The notes beneath the pieces were generated by a model. It was given only the letters and a program-made list of their open reading frames with translations, made no database searches and was not told where the DNA came from. From positions 137,743 to 201,742 of the forward strand of contig CAYSKO010000001.1 in NCBI GenBank assembly GCA_964431835.1: a stretch of DNA of 64,000 bases. Reading direction: 5' to 3'. Of the stretch, positions 9,488 to 18,289 are shown one piece after another (within the stretch, counting starts at the first letter, position 1; every line of letters begins with the position of its first letter). The translations under genes and the position numbers were made by a program. The stretch comes from an uncultured Planctomycetia bacterium (GTDB lineage Bacteria > Omnitrophota > Gorgyraeia > 2-02-FULL-51-18).

Positions 9488-11761
9488 GTGAGTATGGATA
9501 GATTTGTTCGTTTCGTCGGTGCGGCCGTTCTCTTTTTCGGGTTTTTCGGTTCCGTGGCGGATGCGGCGGATCCGCGTCTGATTCTCTCGAAGGGGAAGGC
9601 GTCGTTCGGAACGCAGGACACGCGGCGCGGGGGCTCACCCGAAAGCCTGCAAGCCGCCGAAACCGCCCAAGCCGCCGCTATCTCGCACAAGAACGCACTC
9701 CAGGAACCTTCTAATTTTCTTTCCGCTCAAGCCGCCCCCTCTTTGATCGAGCCGTCCGTGACGGCACCGACCCAGGTCGGCTGGTCGGGCGGCAGCACGT
9801 ACCCCGCGATCGTCTACGATCCGAAAATCCGCGGCCGGGCGTATACGCTTTCGGATTCCTCCGGCTTCTATCGCTCCGAAAACGGAGGCGCTACGTGGCA
9901 AGCCGCCAATCAGGGCGTCGTGAACCTCGCGGTCGCGTCGCTCGCCATCGCCCCGTCAAATTCCAACGTTCTCTACATGGGTTCGACCGCCGGCGTGCAC
10001 CGCTCGAACGACGCCGGAAAGACCTGGACCTTCTCCGAGGCGTCGCGCGGGAAGATCCCGTTTAAAAGGCTCGCGAGTTACAAGGCGCTCGCCGTCGACG
10101 CGCTGAACGTCAATAAAGTGTACGCGGGCTCCTCGGCTGGCCAGGTGTTCCATTCCGCCGACGGGGGAACGAGCTGGACGCAGGTGGGAACGCTCGCCAT
10201 CGGCGTGCCGGTGAGCGCGCTCCACCTGACGCGCGACGGCAGGCTCTTCGCCGGTTCTTCGAAAGGCCTCATGACGTACCAGGGCGGGACGTGGCAAAAG
10301 GTCGCACTCAAGAGCGACCACGTGTACGACATCGTCTCGATCATGCACAACGGCAAGGAGACGCTTTACGTCACGAACGGCCGCAACGTCGCTCATTCGA
10401 GCGACCTCGGCGTCCCGACGGTGTGGTGGTACGCCGGCATGGTGCCGAAATTCAACGCCGCGACGGACGGATGGATCAACCGCATCGCGGTGAGGCAGCA
10501 TCCGAGAACCGGCAAGGTCGAGGTGCTCGCGTCGCTTAAAAAGGACTGGAACGGCCGCCTTTTCCTGGGTACGAACCACGGCGAGTCGTGGAAGGAGATC
10601 GGTCTCAATTTCAACAACGACCCTCTCGCGAATCCGACGCGCGAGTGGAAGAAAAGCGGCGCGAACCAGTGGCTCGCCGTCGCGTTCGACCCATTCAATA
10701 CCGAGACGTTCACGATCGCCGACGACTGGGGCCTCTGGAAGACGACCGACTCCGGCGCGAGCTGGAACGAAAGCATCGCGGGCACGCCCAACGTGATGGG
10801 GACCTCGATCGTTCGCGATCCGCTCACGGGCACTTATCTCGTGGGCACGATGGACAACGGCCTGGTCGAGCTGAATCCGCAGACGGGCGCGATGAAGGCG
10901 GTGTTTCCGAACGCCTCGACTCCCTGGCAGCTTCATGGCCACGTCTGGAAGGCGGAAGTGCTTCCGAACGGAAACCGGATTCTTGCGGTTTCGCCTTGGA
11001 ACAGTGCGTCGAACGTCGTGGTCGTGGTGCGTCCCGACGGAACGACGGCCCTCGCGAACGGCCTTCCGGCGCTCTATCCCAAGACGAACACCGTCTGGGA
11101 GAAGGGCTACATGCGCACGCTCGCGGTCGATCCGTCGAACCCGGATAAACTTTACCTGGGAATCGACGGCAACGACGGCGGCGGACTTTACGTCTCCACG
11201 GACGGGGGGCTCAACTGGGCGCGTTCCGCGGGTCAGCCCGCGTCGCTCCGTGTCTACAACGGCCTCGCGGTCGATCCCGTCGAAACGAACCGCCTTTTCT
11301 GGGGAGCGATGGGTTCCGGCGGTGGCGTGTACCGTTCGCTCGACGCGGGCGGTACGTGGACGCGCGTGTTCACCGGCTCCTACAACGTCTCGGACGTGGT
11401 CGTCGGCCCGGATCAAACGGTGTACGCCGGAGGCGATACCGGTGGCCCCGCGCTTTACGTTTCGCGCGACAAGGGCGCGACGTGGGGAATGCTTAAGAAA
11501 TTCGAAGGCACGGGCACGCTTCAGGCGATCACGATCGACCCGAACGATCCCAAGCGTATGGTCGTGAGCTCCCGCAAATGGGGCGACTCCACGGGCGCGA
11601 AAGTCTATTTCACGGCGGACGCCGGAAAGACGTGGAAGGAAGTCGCCGCAACCGGCCTGCCTAATACGTCCGGAGCCGCGGACGCCGTTTTCAGCCAGGA
11701 CGGAAAATCGCTGTATCTTCTCATGACCGCCGGTTCTCTTTACCAGGTACCGCTCCCGTGA
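9488..11761 (+). CDS. Secreted BNR/Asp-box beta-propeller protein (VPS10/GH74-like), paralog 1
   Basis: Signal peptide; many S.DGG.TW Asp-box repeats. Confidence 0.8.
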   Translation: MSMDRFVRFVGAAVLFFGFFGSVADAADPRLILSKGKASFGTQDTRRGGSPESLQAAETAQAAAISHKNALQEPSNFLSAQAAPSLIEPSVTAPTQVGWSGGSTYPAIVYDPKIRGRAYTLSDSSGFYRSENGGATWQAANQGVVNLAVASLAIAPSNSNVLYMGSTAGVHRSNDAGKTWTFSEASRGKIPFKRLASYKALAVDALNVNKVYAGSSAGQVFHSADGGTSWTQVGTLAIGVPVSALHLTRDGRLFAGSSKGLMTYQGGTWQKVALKSDHVYDIVSIMHNGKETLYVTNGRNVAHSSDLGVPTVWWYAGMVPKFNAATDGWINRIAVRQHPRTGKVEVLASLKKDWNGRLFLGTNHGESWKEIGLNFNNDPLANPTREWKKSGANQWLAVAFDPFNTETFTIADDWGLWKTTDSGASWNESIAGTPNVMGTSIVRDPLTGTYLVGTMDNGLVELNPQTGAMKAVFPNASTPWQLHGHVWKAEVLPNGNRILAVSPWNSASNVVVVVRPDGTTALANGLPALYPKTNTVWEKGYMRTLAVDPSNPDKLYLGIDGNDGGGLYVSTDGGLNWARSAGQPASLRVYNGLAVDPVETNRLFWGAMGSGGGVYRSLDAGGTWTRVFTGSYNVSDVVVGPDQTVYAGGDTGGPALYVSRDKGATWGMLKKFEGTGTLQAITIDPNDPKRMVVSSRKWGDSTGAKVYFTADAGKTWKEVAATGLPNTSGAADAVFSQDGKSLYLLMTAGSLYQVPLP

Positions 11762-12666
11762 CGGATCCCGCCCGTTCCACCCCGATGCCGAAAGCGTCGA
11801 TTCTCATCGTCGACGACGTGCCGGCCAATCTCATTGCGCTGGAAGCGGTTCTTTCCGAATACGACGTCGTGTCGGCGAAATCCGGCCAAGAGGCTTTGGA
11901 TGTCTTGAAGGACCGAAACTTCAACGTGATCCTCCTCGACATCCAAATGCCGGGAATGGACGGCTTCGAAGCAGCGCGCCGCATGAAGCAGATGAGCACG
12001 TACCACGGCACGCCGATCATCTTCGTCACGGCGAACTTCAAGGACGACCCGTACGTGAAAAAAGGATACGAAGCGGGCGGCGTCGATTACTTCACGAAAC
12101 CTTTCGACCCGGACATCCTTCGGATGAAGGTCGGTATCTACGCGTCGTTCCATCAGAAGACGAGCCTCCTCAAGGAGCGCGAAGAAAGGATCCGGCAATC
12201 GGAGGAACTGTTGAAAGCGGGCCATAAGCTGGCCGGGGTCCTCGAATCGCTCCCCGTGGGGGTGATCATCTCAGACGCCAAGGGAGGCATTCTCCAGACG
12301 AACGACGCGGTGCTCCGGATTTGGAAATCCATCGATCCGTCGCGGAAGGATTCCGCCGGAGAATTCTTGAAATGGTGGACGACGGCGGGAACGGCCATGA
12401 AAGACGCGTTCGCGACGACGTTAAGCACCGGTAGCTCGTCCCACAACGAGGTGCTCGACATCCAGTGCTTCGACGGAACCTGCAAGGCGATCTTGGTTTC
12501 CGTCTCTCCGCTCCTGGGAATCGACGACCAGATGGTAGGCGCCGTCGCCGTCGCCCAGGACATCACCGAGCACCGGAAGATCGAAGCCCACATGGAGGAG
12601 AGCATCATGAAGCTCGTTTCTATCGGCGTCGAGCTCCAGCAGATCGGCCCCACCGCTCCCGCCTGA
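11758..12666 (+). CDS. Response regulator: REC + PAS, no recognisable output domain
   Basis: ILIVDD...LLDIQMPGMDG...KP receiver followed by a PAS/PAC-like region ending QDITEHRK. Confidence 0.8.
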   Translation: MTDPARSTPMPKASILIVDDVPANLIALEAVLSEYDVVSAKSGQEALDVLKDRNFNVILLDIQMPGMDGFEAARRMKQMSTYHGTPIIFVTANFKDDPYVKKGYEAGGVDYFTKPFDPDILRMKVGIYASFHQKTSLLKEREERIRQSEELLKAGHKLAGVLESLPVGVIISDAKGGILQTNDAVLRIWKSIDPSRKDSAGEFLKWWTTAGTAMKDAFATTLSTGSSSHNEVLDIQCFDGTCKAILVSVSPLLGIDDQMVGAVAVAQDITEHRKIEAHMEESIMKLVSIGVELQQIGPTAPA

Positions 12667-12676
12667 CAGGCTTAGA

Positions 12677-12731
12677 ATTAGCTTTTTTTAATCCGCTTCT
12701 AATCCCGCTTTAATCCGTCCTTTCGTATACT
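12677..12731 (+). promoter_or_regulatory. Periodic TAA-box promoter, complete (hemerythrin operon)
   Basis: ATTAG-N6-TTAAT; TA at 12679/12689/12700/12711; TATACT at 12726. Confidence 0.8.
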
Positions 12732-12801
12732 GATTTCATCGTCGGATCCGCCTTTTCGTATCATTCCGGGCCGAGCTTTCCTTAGATCAACGGAGGATTT
12801 T

Positions 12802-13317
12802 ATGCCCGCTAAAAAAAGCTCCAACAGCTCTACCGCCAGCAAGAAGAAGTCCAAGACGTACATCGATCTTCTCATCGCCGACCACGACAAAGTACGCGCG
12901 CTCTTCAAGCGGTTCGAAAAGACCGAAGACGACGATCAGAAGCGCGAAATCGTCGAGACCACGATCCTCGAGCTCAAGATTCATGCGACGATCGAAGAGG
13001 AGATCGTGTATCCCGCCTTCCGTGAGAACGAGGTCGTGGAAGAGGACATGATGGACGAGGCGGACGTCGAGCACGAAGTCGCCAAAAACCTCATCGCCGA
13101 GCTCGAGAACATGAAGCCGGGCGACGAATACTACGACGCGAAATTCACGGTGCTTTGCGAAATCATCGAGCACCACGCCGAGGAGGAAGAGGAAGAGATC
13201 TTCCCCGAAGCGCGTAAATCGAAAGAGATCGACGCGGAAGACATTACGGGCCGCGTCGCGGACCGCAAGCAGCAGCTGATGCAGGAACTCGGCGCGGAGC
13301 TCGCGGAAGCAAAATAA
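12802..13317 (+). CDS. Hemerythrin/HHE cation-binding domain protein
   Basis: DH, HATIEEEIVYP, EH, HHAEEEE motifs; GGAGG Shine-Dalgarno. Confidence 0.9.
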   Translation: MPAKKSSNSSTASKKKSKTYIDLLIADHDKVRALFKRFEKTEDDDQKREIVETTILELKIHATIEEEIVYPAFRENEVVEEDMMDEADVEHEVAKNLIAELENMKPGDEYYDAKFTVLCEIIEHHAEEEEEEIFPEARKSKEIDAEDITGRVADRKQQLMQELGAELAEAK

Positions 13318-13350
13318 TAACCGCTCCACCGAAAAGGGGAGGTTTCGTCC

Positions 13351-13545
13351 ATGGGCATTCTGAAGACTCTGGTCGCCGGAACCATCGCCGTTGGCGCCGC
13401 TCGTCTGGCGATGAAGAACAAGAAGTTGGGCCGCGTCACGCGCGACGCGAAAGCGAGCATCCGCAAGGCCGTTCGCTCCGCCGCTCCGAAGGCTCGCAGC
13501 CTGAAGAGCAAGGCCCGCGTCAAGGCGAGAACCGCCTCGAAATAA
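13351..13545 (+). CDS. Small basic Lys/Arg/Ala-rich protein
   Basis: GGGGAGG SD; 64 aa; followed by a terminator. Confidence 0.65.
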   Translation: MGILKTLVAGTIAVGAARLAMKNKKLGRVTRDAKASIRKAVRSAAPKARSLKSKARVKARTASK

Positions 13546-13568
13546 CCGCTATAGACGCAAGAAAAACG

Positions 13569-13600
13569 AACGCCCGCCGGTCCAGCCGGCGGGCGTTTTT
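13569..13600. terminator. Intrinsic terminator, probably bidirectional
   Basis: AACGCCCGCCGG-tccag-CCGGCGGGCGTT plus T tract, between convergent genes. Confidence 0.85.
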
Positions 13601-13628
13601 GTCGGTTCCGGATCTCGAGGAGGAGGCT

Positions 13629-14105
13629 CTAGGACGCTCTTTCCAGAGCGAGAAGAACGCGCTTCGTGTTCTTCGGCCCGGAATAGCCGCCGGTCTTGCC
13701 GGAAGCGTTGATCACGCGGTGGCAGGGAACGACGATGCAGAGGGGGTTTTTTCCGTTCGCGCCGCCGACGGCACGAACCGCCTTAGGGTTACGGATCCGC
13801 CGCGCGACGGCCGCGTAGGAGCACGTTTCTCCGTACGGGATCTCGCTCAGGGCTTTCCACACTTTTTTCTGGAAAGCGGAGCCTTCCGGGTCGAGCGGCA
13901 GATCGAATTCCCGTCGTTTTCCGGCGAAATAGTCTTCGAGTTGCTTCACCGCGCGGGCCAGCAGCTTGGCTTCGGCCGTACGGCCGTCCAGCGACCGAAT
14001 CACGGGAGCGTGCTGCTTCCGCCAGAACACGCCCTGAAGTCCTTTTGCGGACGCGACGAGATAAAGGGGGCCGATCTTCGATTTCATGAGCCACTGTGCC
14101 GCCAT
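13629..14105 (-). CDS. ogt: Methylated-DNA--protein-cysteine methyltransferase
   Basis: IPYGET, RAVGGANGKNP, VPCHRVI active site; GGGAGG SD before ATG 14105. Confidence 0.93.
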   Translation of the reverse strand: MAAQWLMKSKIGPLYLVASAKGLQGVFWRKQHAPVIRSLDGRTAEAKLLARAVKQLEDYFAGKRREFDLPLDPEGSAFQKKVWKALSEIPYGETCSYAAVARRIRNPKAVRAVGGANGKNPLCIVVPCHRVINASGKTGGYSGPKNTKRVLLALERAS

Positions 14106-14271
14106 TTTTTCCTCCCAGCCTTCTCTTTTAGACATAAAAGCACTATAAGCTGCATCGCCGCCCCATCAAAGTCTTTATCTTATACCGTGTATAAATTCTC
14201 TTTCGAATCCGGTTGCCGTCCGGCGGGTCCGATGATAACCTAATCGCACTTACCGTGAGCCCACTTCCGAC

Positions 14272-14382
14272 ATGAACCTCGAGCATTTCGCGAGTATCGC
14301 CTCGCACGATCCCCTGAGCACGCCCGGCCAGGGTTCGACGTTCATTGCCGAGCTCCAGGCGAAGATCGTGATGAGCGCGTGA
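14272..14382 (+). pseudogene. 36-aa histidine-kinase remnant or mini-protein (H-box start fused to HATPase tail)
   Basis: MNLEHFASIASHDPLSTPGQGSTFIAELQAKIVMSA*; stop overlaps the glpX GTG start. Confidence 0.55.
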
Positions 14383-15290
14383 AGGACATCAATTTAGAGA
14401 TAGTGCGCGTCACGGAGGCGGCGGCGATCGCCGCGGCTTCGTGGGTGGGGAGCGGGAACAAGAAAGCCGCCGACAAAGACGCGACCGACGCGATGCGCGT
14501 GCGTCTCTCGGCAATCGACTTCCGCGGCCGCGTGATCATCGGCGAAGGCATCAAGGACGAGAGCGCGGGCCTCTTCGCGGGGGAAACGGTCGGATGCGGC
14601 GGGGAGAAGTCTAAGATCTACGACATCGCGGTCGATCCGATCGAGGGGACGCGGCCCACGGTCCAGTCCGGGCCGGAGGCGCTGAGCGTGCTCGCGGTGG
14701 CGGGCAAGGACGCGCTTTTTTCGACCGCCGAATTCTACATGAAGAAGTTCGCCTACGGCCCCGCGATTGCGGAGAAGACGAAGCTCTCCATCGCGGACCC
14801 TCTTCCCGAGACGATCCGGAAGATATCCGCGGCGACGGGGAAGGACCCCGGCCGGGTCATGGTCTGCGTGCTCGACCGCCCTCGCCATGAAGGCCTGATC
14901 GCTGAGCTGCGCTCGCTCGGGACCCGCATCAAACTGATCCAGGACTGCGACGTCTCGGGCGGCATCGCGACGTGCCTCGAGCGAAGCGGCATCGACCTTC
15001 TCTGCGGCATCGGCGGCTCACCGGAAGGCGTTATCACCGCCTGCGCGATCAAATGCCTGAAAGGGGACTTCCAGGCGCAGATCGTGAAGAAGGACGGCAC
15101 GGTGGAACAGCGCGTCCTCGGCCTCGAAGATCTCGTTAAGGGTCCGTGCGCATTCGCAGCGACGGGAATCACCGACGGCAGCCTTCTTCGCGGTGTCCGC
15201 TTCGATCCTTCCGGCCCCCGCACCCACAGCGTTTTCATGCGCTCGATCAGCGGAACGATCCGCTGGATCAGCGCCTCCCACGGAAACTAA
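14379..15290 (+). CDS. glpX: Class II fructose-1,6-bisphosphatase
   Basis: RVTEAAAIAA, IGEG, DIAVDPIEGT, DRPRH, GIGGSPEGV, ATGITDG motifs. Confidence 0.93.
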   Translation: MKDINLEIVRVTEAAAIAAASWVGSGNKKAADKDATDAMRVRLSAIDFRGRVIIGEGIKDESAGLFAGETVGCGGEKSKIYDIAVDPIEGTRPTVQSGPEALSVLAVAGKDALFSTAEFYMKKFAYGPAIAEKTKLSIADPLPETIRKISAATGKDPGRVMVCVLDRPRHEGLIAELRSLGTRIKLIQDCDVSGGIATCLERSGIDLLCGIGGSPEGVITACAIKCLKGDFQAQIVKKDGTVEQRVLGLEDLVKGPCAFAATGITDGSLLRGVRFDPSGPRTHSVFMRSISGTIRWISASHGN

Positions 15291-15332
15291 CGCCCTCACG
15301 ACCTCCGGCCCGAGTTTTCTCCTTCCGTTATA

Positions 15333-15375
15333 TTAATATCCGCTTAACCGAGCCGTAACATGGCGCGGCTATACT
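15333..15375 (+). promoter_or_regulatory. Periodic TAA-box promoter, three-unit variant (GAF-ANTAR gene)
   Basis: TAA at 15334/15345/15356; TATACT at 15370 (14 rather than 15 nt after the last TAA). Confidence 0.55.
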
Positions 15376-15396
15376 CCACATCAGAAAGCGGAGATC

Positions 15397-16086
15397 ATGG
15401 AAGAAAAGCGTCAGCTCGAGGTTCTTTACCAAATCAGCCGGGAACTCGTGGGGAAGCAGGATCTCGACGCGATCCTGCAGCAGGTGGTCAGCATGACCTC
15501 GCAGTTGATCGATTCCAAGATTTGCTCTTTGATGCTCCTGGACACCAAACGGGAGCGACTCGTCATCAAGGCGACGCAGAGCTTGAGTCTCGCCTACAGG
15601 GATAAGCCGCCGATCCGCGTGGGCCAGAGCGTGAGCGGGCAGGTGGTATCGCGCAAGGAACCGATCCAGGTCGCCGACGTGTCGAAAGATCCGCTTTACG
15701 GGTACCCGGACCTCGCGCGGCAGGAGGGGTTCAAATCGCTGCTCTGCGTTCCGCTCCTTCTGGCAGACAGGGTGATAGGGGTGCTGAACTCCTACACGGA
15801 AGCGGAACGGACGTTCTCAAAAGAGGAGGTCCAACTTGTTCAGACGGTTGCGAATCAGGCGGCTATGGTCATCGAGCACGCCCGGCTTATCTCCGAGGAA
15901 GCGCAAGCCCGTCTCTCGCTCGAGACGAAAAAGGCGGTGGACGCGGCCAAGCGGCTCCTGATCAAGTCGCGCGGAATGTCGGAGGAGGACGCGCACCGGT
16001 TCATCCAGAAGGCCAGCATGGAGAAGAACAGGCCCCAGAAGGAAATCGCCGACGCGATCCTGATGGCGGCCGATCTGACGAAGTGA
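15397..16086 (+). CDS. GAF-ANTAR RNA-binding antiterminator
   Basis: GAF domain, then LETKKAVDAAKRLLIKSRGMSEEDAHRFIQKASM...IADAI ANTAR signature. Confidence 0.9.
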   Translation: MEEKRQLEVLYQISRELVGKQDLDAILQQVVSMTSQLIDSKICSLMLLDTKRERLVIKATQSLSLAYRDKPPIRVGQSVSGQVVSRKEPIQVADVSKDPLYGYPDLARQEGFKSLLCVPLLLADRVIGVLNSYTEAERTFSKEEVQLVQTVANQAAMVIEHARLISEEAQARLSLETKKAVDAAKRLLIKSRGMSEEDAHRFIQKASMEKNRPQKEIADAILMAADLTK

Positions 16087-16119
16087 ACGGACGGTTTTAA
16101 AAGAACGAACGACCGATGG

Positions 16120-16190
16120 GGATAATGACGTCCTTATCTTGAAGAGGCCGAAGGCGGCTTCCTCGGGGTAAGGATTTTTTCATTCATAGG
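16120..16190 (+). ncRNA. ANTAR-target twin-hairpin RNA overlapping an intrinsic terminator
   Basis: GGAT-AATGAC-GTCC and GGCC-GAAGGC-GGCT hexaloops; terminator stem TCCTTATCTTGA/TCGGGGTAAGGA + T6. Confidence 0.75.
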
Positions 16191-16198
16191 AGGCAGCG

Positions 16199-16342
16199 AT
16201 GAATAACGCGGTTTACGGTCTCACGGAAAAAGCGGTTTCGATCTGGATGCGGATCAACGAACGAATGGCGGAGGACGAACGGCGCCGGGAAAACGAAAGG
16301 GTGTGGATGATCTGCACGACCGACCGCGGAGCGAGAGCCTGA
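16199..16342 (+). CDS. 47-aa small ORF of unknown function
   Basis: AGGAGG SD; MNNAVYGLTEKAVSIWMRINERMAEDERRRENERVWMICTTDRGARA*. Confidence 0.5.
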   Translation: MNNAVYGLTEKAVSIWMRINERMAEDERRRENERVWMICTTDRGARA

Positions 16343-16378
16343 GGTGCTCACCGGAGAGAAGGACGCGGGGCCGTCCGC

Positions 16379-16729
16379 GTGAAGGAAGTGATGGCTGTCG
16401 TGCGCCCCGGAAAAGCGCGCGAGACGATGGAAGCGCTTGCGCGGATGGGCTGCCCCGCCTCGACCTCTTTTCGCGTGTTCGGACGCGGCCGGCAGAAAGG
16501 CCTGCGCTACGCCTCCGCCGAAATCGGCGCCCAGGAGATCACGGTCCGGTATCTTCCCAAGAAAATGATTCTTTGCGTCGTGCCCGACCGGCACTGGCGC
16601 GCGACGGTGCAGACGATCATCCGAGTCAACCAATCCGGCCAGTTCGGCGACGGCAAGGTGTTCGTCTCCGATATCAGGGAAACCTGCCGTATCCGCACCG
16701 GCGAAACTCAGGATGCCGCGCTTCGATGA
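16379..16729 (+). CDS. P-II family nitrogen regulator, NifI2-like
   Basis: MKEVMAVVRP, GRGRQKG, YLPKK, IIRVNQSGQFGDGKVFV. Confidence 0.85.
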   Translation: MKEVMAVVRPGKARETMEALARMGCPASTSFRVFGRGRQKGLRYASAEIGAQEITVRYLPKKMILCVVPDRHWRATVQTIIRVNQSGQFGDGKVFVSDIRETCRIRTGETQDAALR

Positions 16730-17043
16730 AGATGATCAAGGCCGTGATACGGCCCGAAAAGGAATTCGACGTGGTCGGAGGTCTCGAGAAAGAGGGGTTC
16801 AATTCGCTCACGAAGCTCGACGTGCTCGGCAGGGGTCGCCAGAAAGGCGTGCGCGTCGGCGGAGCCGTTTACGACGAGCTCGCGAAGCTCCTCATTTACA
16901 TCGTCGTCGAGGACAAAGACGCGTCGCGTGTCGTCGAGACGATCAAGAAGCACGCGCACACGGGAAACTTCGGCGACGGAAAGATATTTATCTCCGACGT
17001 CCGCGAAGCCTACACGATCCGGACTGGAAAAAACCGCCTTTAG
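16726..17043 (+). CDS. P-II family nitrogen regulator, NifI1-like
   Basis: MKMIKAVIRPEK, GRGRQKGVRVG..VYDEL, TGNFGDGKIFI; ATGA overlap with the previous gene. Confidence 0.85.
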   Translation: MKMIKAVIRPEKEFDVVGGLEKEGFNSLTKLDVLGRGRQKGVRVGGAVYDELAKLLIYIVVEDKDASRVVETIKKHAHTGNFGDGKIFISDVREAYTIRTGKNRL

Positions 17044-17103
17044 CATGATTCTGGTCGAAATGCGTCTCGGCCCCCTCCTCATCCTACCGCGCCTTGCCAC
17101 CGG

Positions 17104-18149
17104 ATGATCGGCTCCGAAGCGGCGCTCGCGGCGGTCCTTTCGCACGCGCCCCGTCCGAAATCCGTTTCTGCGCCACTTCTTGCCGCGCTCGGGCACGTCG
17201 CGGCCCGCGACGTGAAATCTCCGCAGCCTTCGCCTCTCTTCGATAATTACGCGATGGACGGTTTCGCTTTTTCATCGGCATCGTCGGCCACCGCGGCCGC
17301 CGGGTCGCCGGTGCGGCTCCGGGTGACGGGCGCCGTCCGCGCCGGAGACGCCGTCGGGCCTCTCGGTTCCGGCGAAGCGGTGCGCATCATGACCGGAGCG
17401 GCCCTGCCTTTCGGCGCGGACACCGTGCTCCCGAATGAACGCGTGCTGACCGACCGGGATACGCTCGTCCTCCTCGAACCTGTCCGAGCGGGCGAGAACG
17501 TGCGTTACCGTGCGGAGGAATTGAAGAAAGGCGACGTCCTGCTACGCAAAGGCGCTCCGATCCACGCCGCCGCGGTGGGGATTCTCGCGGGCTTCGGGAT
17601 CCGGACGGTGGAAGCGTACGAATTTCAGCGTGTCGCGGTGATCGCGACTGGAAATGAACTGCGCTCGCCCGGAGAGGCGCTCGGCCCCGCGCAGATCTAC
17701 AATTCGAATTCCTGGATGATCCACGCGGCGCTCGTCCAAATGGGTATCCGGCCGATGTTTTGCAAACGCGTGGGGGATCACGCGGTCCACATCAAGAGGC
17801 TTCTCAAGTTCGCGCTCGCCCAGGCCGACGTCGTCATTTTGAGCGGGGGCGTTTCCGTGGGGGGCGCGGATCCGGTGAAGCCCCTCCTCCGAGACCTCGG
17901 GGTGCGTACGCTCTTTTGGAAGGTGAGCCAGAAACCCGGGAAGCCCCTTTTTTTGGCAAGCTCTCGAAGACGCTCGTCTTCGGCCTTCCGGGCAATCCGG
18001 CGGCGGTGTTCACCTATTTTTACGAGTACGTTTATCCCGCGATCCGCCGCATGTCCGGATTCGAGGAGCCGCGCCTGCGCCGCGAAGAGCTCGCGGTGGA
18101 AGAGCCGGTCGCGTCCGATCCCGAGAAATCCCTCAGCGCGCGCGAATAA
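17104..18149 (+). pseudogene. moeA: Molybdopterin molybdotransferase MoeA, frameshifted and probably C-terminally truncated
   Basis: AMDGFA, IMTGA, TGNEL, SGGVSVG, KPGKP in one frame; GLPGNP continues in the -1 frame after a T7 run at 17948-17954. Confidence 0.8.
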
Positions 18150-18169
18150 AAAGAGGGACCTCAAGATCC

Positions 18170-18224
18170 ATTAGAATCCTCTAATCCGCGTTTAATCCCT
18201 CTCTAATGCGCACTGTGCAATAAT
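18170..18224 (+). promoter_or_regulatory. Periodic TAA-box promoter, complete (beta-propeller 2)
   Basis: ATTAG-N6-CTAAT; TA at 18172/18182/18193/18204; TGc-AATAAT at 18219. Confidence 0.75.
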
Positions 18225-18289
18225 CTTCTCGCTCGACAATTTCCAAACCCATTTACCAGCATCTACAGTCATCCACAGGGGCGCCCTCC

